Both the position numbers and the translations under genes were made by a program. DNA of 64,000 nt from assembly GCA_037379345.1 (NCBI GenBank), contig CM074520.1, forward strand, positions 14,859,488-14,923,487. Direction: 5' to 3'. How positions within the stretch are numbered: the first letter of the stretch is position 1; each line of letters opens with the position of its first letter. Of the stretch, positions 60,601 through 64,000 are shown piece after piece. This stretch comes from Perna viridis (lineage: Eukaryota). The notes beneath the pieces are model-generated. The model was not told where the DNA came from. It did not search any database and saw only the letters and a list, made by a program, of their open reading frames with translations.

Positions 60601-62277
60601 GACTGCTATTCATGTGCAGAAATACTCACAATAATAAAACATCTTAATATAATGCTATATTTATTTTTTTAAAGCTTCAAGATGCATTTTTTTTTAATAT
60701 TGTTAAAACTGTATGGGTGACATTTTTTTTTTGAAACTGAAATGAAACTTGTGATTTTTAATTTGTCAAAGTAATTTAGAACCCATTATTTATGTATCTG
60801 AGGTTGAGCTGTGTACAGATAATGCCTTTAACTGAATTTTGAATTATTTTCAACAAAAACAAAATTTTATACATGTATGTGTAAGATTTCCCTTTTTAAA
60901 TCTTACGTTCGAAGGTGGGATGATACAAAATGTCATGTGCTCAGATTTGTCTGATTTTTACACCATTATAGATCTTGGGGATATACTGGTTCATTAAAAT
61001 ATGTTTAAAAAAACAAATAAACAATTAAAAATATTACAGGGCATAAGTCTTGGAAAAGATAATGCTTTATTTCAAACACATTTTATTTTTTATTTTGCTA
61101 TTTATCTATTTCACCAATGTACTCAGTTTAACCTCCTAGAAACAGTTACAAATGGAGAACTGAAACAATGTTATGTCCCCAATGAGCCTAAGAACAATAA
61201 CTGTTGTAACATCCCACTATAAGGATTAATGTGAAAATATAGATTGTTATAAGTTATTTTTGGCACATGCTTACAGTCTTGATGAAATGGAGGGTGAATG
61301 ATAAGAGATGTAGATTAACTTATTCATGTTTTTGAATGGGTCTTGCCATTTTATATTGTGATACACAGAACTGTATATATGCAACAGATTTTATTAAAGT
61401 TTTAACAGTTTTGAGATTAAATTTGTCTTCTTATTATGATAGGTTGAATATATATAACCAGATGGATTCTCAGTATTGTAATTTAGATTGGTTCTGCTTA
61501 GCAGGTTGTGTAATTGGTGTAGACTAATAGACTTTAAAAAAAAATAATAAAATGAAGTCAGATGCTTGCTAACTGAAAATGTAATGTGAATAGTTTCTGG
61601 AAAGAAATCAGTTTAGATGGCACTTTTCTCTATATCAGTGTGTTTTGTTAGAAAAAAATTATAATGCCCTATTAATTGGTGCAGAGGCATGAAGTTTTAC
61701 TGCTGTTGTGTAGTCCCATCAATTTCTGTCTGCTAAATTGAAACATTTCATGGAAGTTATTTGAATTATACTTGCAGCAACACAGAAAAAAATGCAGTTT
61801 ATGTTCTTATAACATCTGAAAAAGGTATGTTTTTCTTATGTTTATGACCACCATGAAACACATGCCTCTGACTAATGAAAAAAAAAATACATTATTACCA
61901 TGCTGGTCTTAAACATCAGTTTCCATATGTTTTATAACATTAATTTTTTCCTGTGTAATGTATGATAGATAATGAAGATCAGGTCACAGCCAACACATTT
62001 ACCTCTACTTGCCAGACATCTGTTTATTTTTTTTTTTTTCAAATGTTGCATAATGTATCATCAGTGTTATATTGAGAATCTTGCATTTGGATATTTGAAA
62101 TTTGATATAAAGTACATGTTTGTGTGTGATTAGGGTTTGTCATGCATGAACTTTATGTGAGCCTAACATCTTATTTAAAAAATTATGGTCAGTAGGGCAA
62201 TTTCTTCTAGTTTTCATGTGGCTACTAAAGTTGTAAAGTACAACAATATGAAAGGCTGGAAACATTAAACTTTGTTA

Positions 62278-62305
62278 AATAAATCATTTCAAGGTGTGTG
62301 TATAC
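62278..62305 (+). terminator. Candidate distal polyadenylation signal of the zinc-finger gene
   Basis: AATAAA followed by GGTGTGTGT; strand composition shifts from T-rich to A-rich after it; more proximal AATAAA at ~60254 and ~60633. Confidence 0.35.
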
Positions 62306-63344
62306 TTCAAAATACTGTGAGCCGCTCACTATATGAAATCCTTCAATATCAACATTGAACACAAGTTATCCCCTCTTGCACACGACTACATGTAAATGTG
62401 ATGCTTAACTTCATAAAAGAATCTGATAAAAATCCATTGAACAGTTTAAAATGAGTTCATCTTTCAAAAGCATGGTACATGTTCTCCACTGACTCAAAAA
62501 CTTAATAGCAAAAAATAACGATAAAAAATTGGTGATTTTAATCAAATAAAAATCACTTTGTCTTTTACAATCAAACAAATTCATAGTAGTACATGTACTG
62601 CTTTATAGTTTTAGATGACATCAAAGTCTATAATTCTCATTAAGGAAATTACCCTACAGTCTCATTATATACTGATAACAAATAGTTTTTGTATAAATGA
62701 AAAAAAACACTTCACACATCTATAAAATGAAAGATAAATATGATTTTGAAATCAACACCTGCCCAAGACCACATAGTATGTATGGCCCCTTCCACTAGTC
62801 CAATTATTGAGGAACAAAAAAATTGAAGCCCTACTGAGAACTTTCTATCATCAAATCAAACATTGTACCTAAAGAGTTTTTGACTTACTATTTAAACATG
62901 TGTACTAATAAAACAGTAGTACACCATTATAATGATGTCAACATGAAGGTATACAAAAAAAAAAATCACTACAAAACATAAGATCACAATTTCATCAATA
63001 AAATTATCCTGCAAATTCAAGATTGTTAAATCTTGAATATTCATATAAAATTCCTTTATGTTGTGAATCTCCACAATTTGAGGTACAGGTGTTACAAAAA
63101 AATCTGTATATAAAACTAATTCCAATATCTATCGAGAGAGTAAATTGATTGGTCATAAAATGCACTAGAAAAGAACAGATTTGTGAGCTACTGCTCCAAT
63201 TAGACCAATAGTCCTTGACAGTTTTTAGCATTCTAAGTTGCATTTTGTCTTCTCAAGACAATTGTGCTAAATGATAAATTAAAAAAAAACATGTAAATGA
63301 ACACTTCAAATTTGATGCTGAAAAAAAAAAACAAGCATCCATTG

Positions 63345-63670
63345 ATGTTGAGAAAAATGTTGCCACTTAACACAAATGTTTGAAAAATGCACAATACTTT
63401 AAACAGAATTATTGAGAAGCCACAGATCTGAAATCAGTAAGCTATAATTGAAGTTGAATAAATAATATTGAGAGGCAGAACCTGCAGTTGCTGAGAAAAG
63501 TGGTGAAATGTTGACTGTTTCACAAATATAAACCAAATTGCTTAACAAAGTTGGTGAGCCTAATTTCTGAAACCTGTAAGATCAACATGGGTACTTGATT
63601 GCTGTTCCATGAATACCAAACAGCAAGCAGCAGTTGCTGAGAAATACTGTGAAAATATTTTGATACTGCA
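63345..63670. repeat. Degenerate repeat, probably an old HINE-type element
   Basis: GCAGTTGCTGAGAAA at ~63484 and ~63630 and a related GTTGAGAAAAATG at ~63347. Confidence 0.4.
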
Positions 63671-64000
63671 ACTGTTCTATTTGAGCATATATTTACAAGT
63701 GATATATGATCACTGACTGAATAGAACTTTCTGTAGAGACGTCACAAATGTTACAATGTTTTTATGTTGAAAAGATGTTGTCTGCTTCAAATCAAAAACA
63801 TTCCTGCTCAAAACATCCTTTTGTCGCAGGTCAAAATACAAGGGCCGGGACATCGGCAAAATATTTGTATTATGGCTGCATAAAAAGTCGTCCTGGTAAT
63901 TTAACTTTATTTGTCTGAAAATAAACATATACATGTTTGCCAAATACAGCGTAACCTGAAAATAATGCACAAGATCTACACATTCCATAAATGTGTATTT

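Overview
AT-rich, intron-rich animal DNA. The repeat content looks like a bivalve mollusc, Mytilus-like (inference). Two multi-exon genes were reconstructed by hand with GT-AG boundaries and phase continuity: CCDC22 (minus strand, 16 coding exons, 23663->11663, 641 aa) and SCLT1 (plus strand, 20 coding exons, 23980->44442, 713 aa). They sit head-to-head with 316 bp between start codons. Downstream is a Mutator/MULE DNA transposon (~49850-53160) with long imperfect TIRs and an uninterrupted DDE core. Next to it is a zinc-finger gene with one coding exon (55964-57604), carrying an unrecognised compact N-terminal module and a C2HC+C2H2 finger pair. A probable first exon/promoter of a leftward gene lies at ~2515-2800. 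Introns and intergenic DNA hold Helentron-type non-autonomous elements with ~160-bp internal tandem units, MITEs, SINE-like tails and a truncated retroelement with a structured 3' end. Most unusual: tandem arrays seeded at 5' splice sites, including a 75-bp array that copies an SCLT1 exon end plus its donor; the orphan N-terminal module of the zinc-finger protein; an inverted MITE pair bracketing SCLT1 exons 6-10; and a spliceable MULE core head-to-head with a host promoter. No rRNA, tRNA or CRISPR array was seen.
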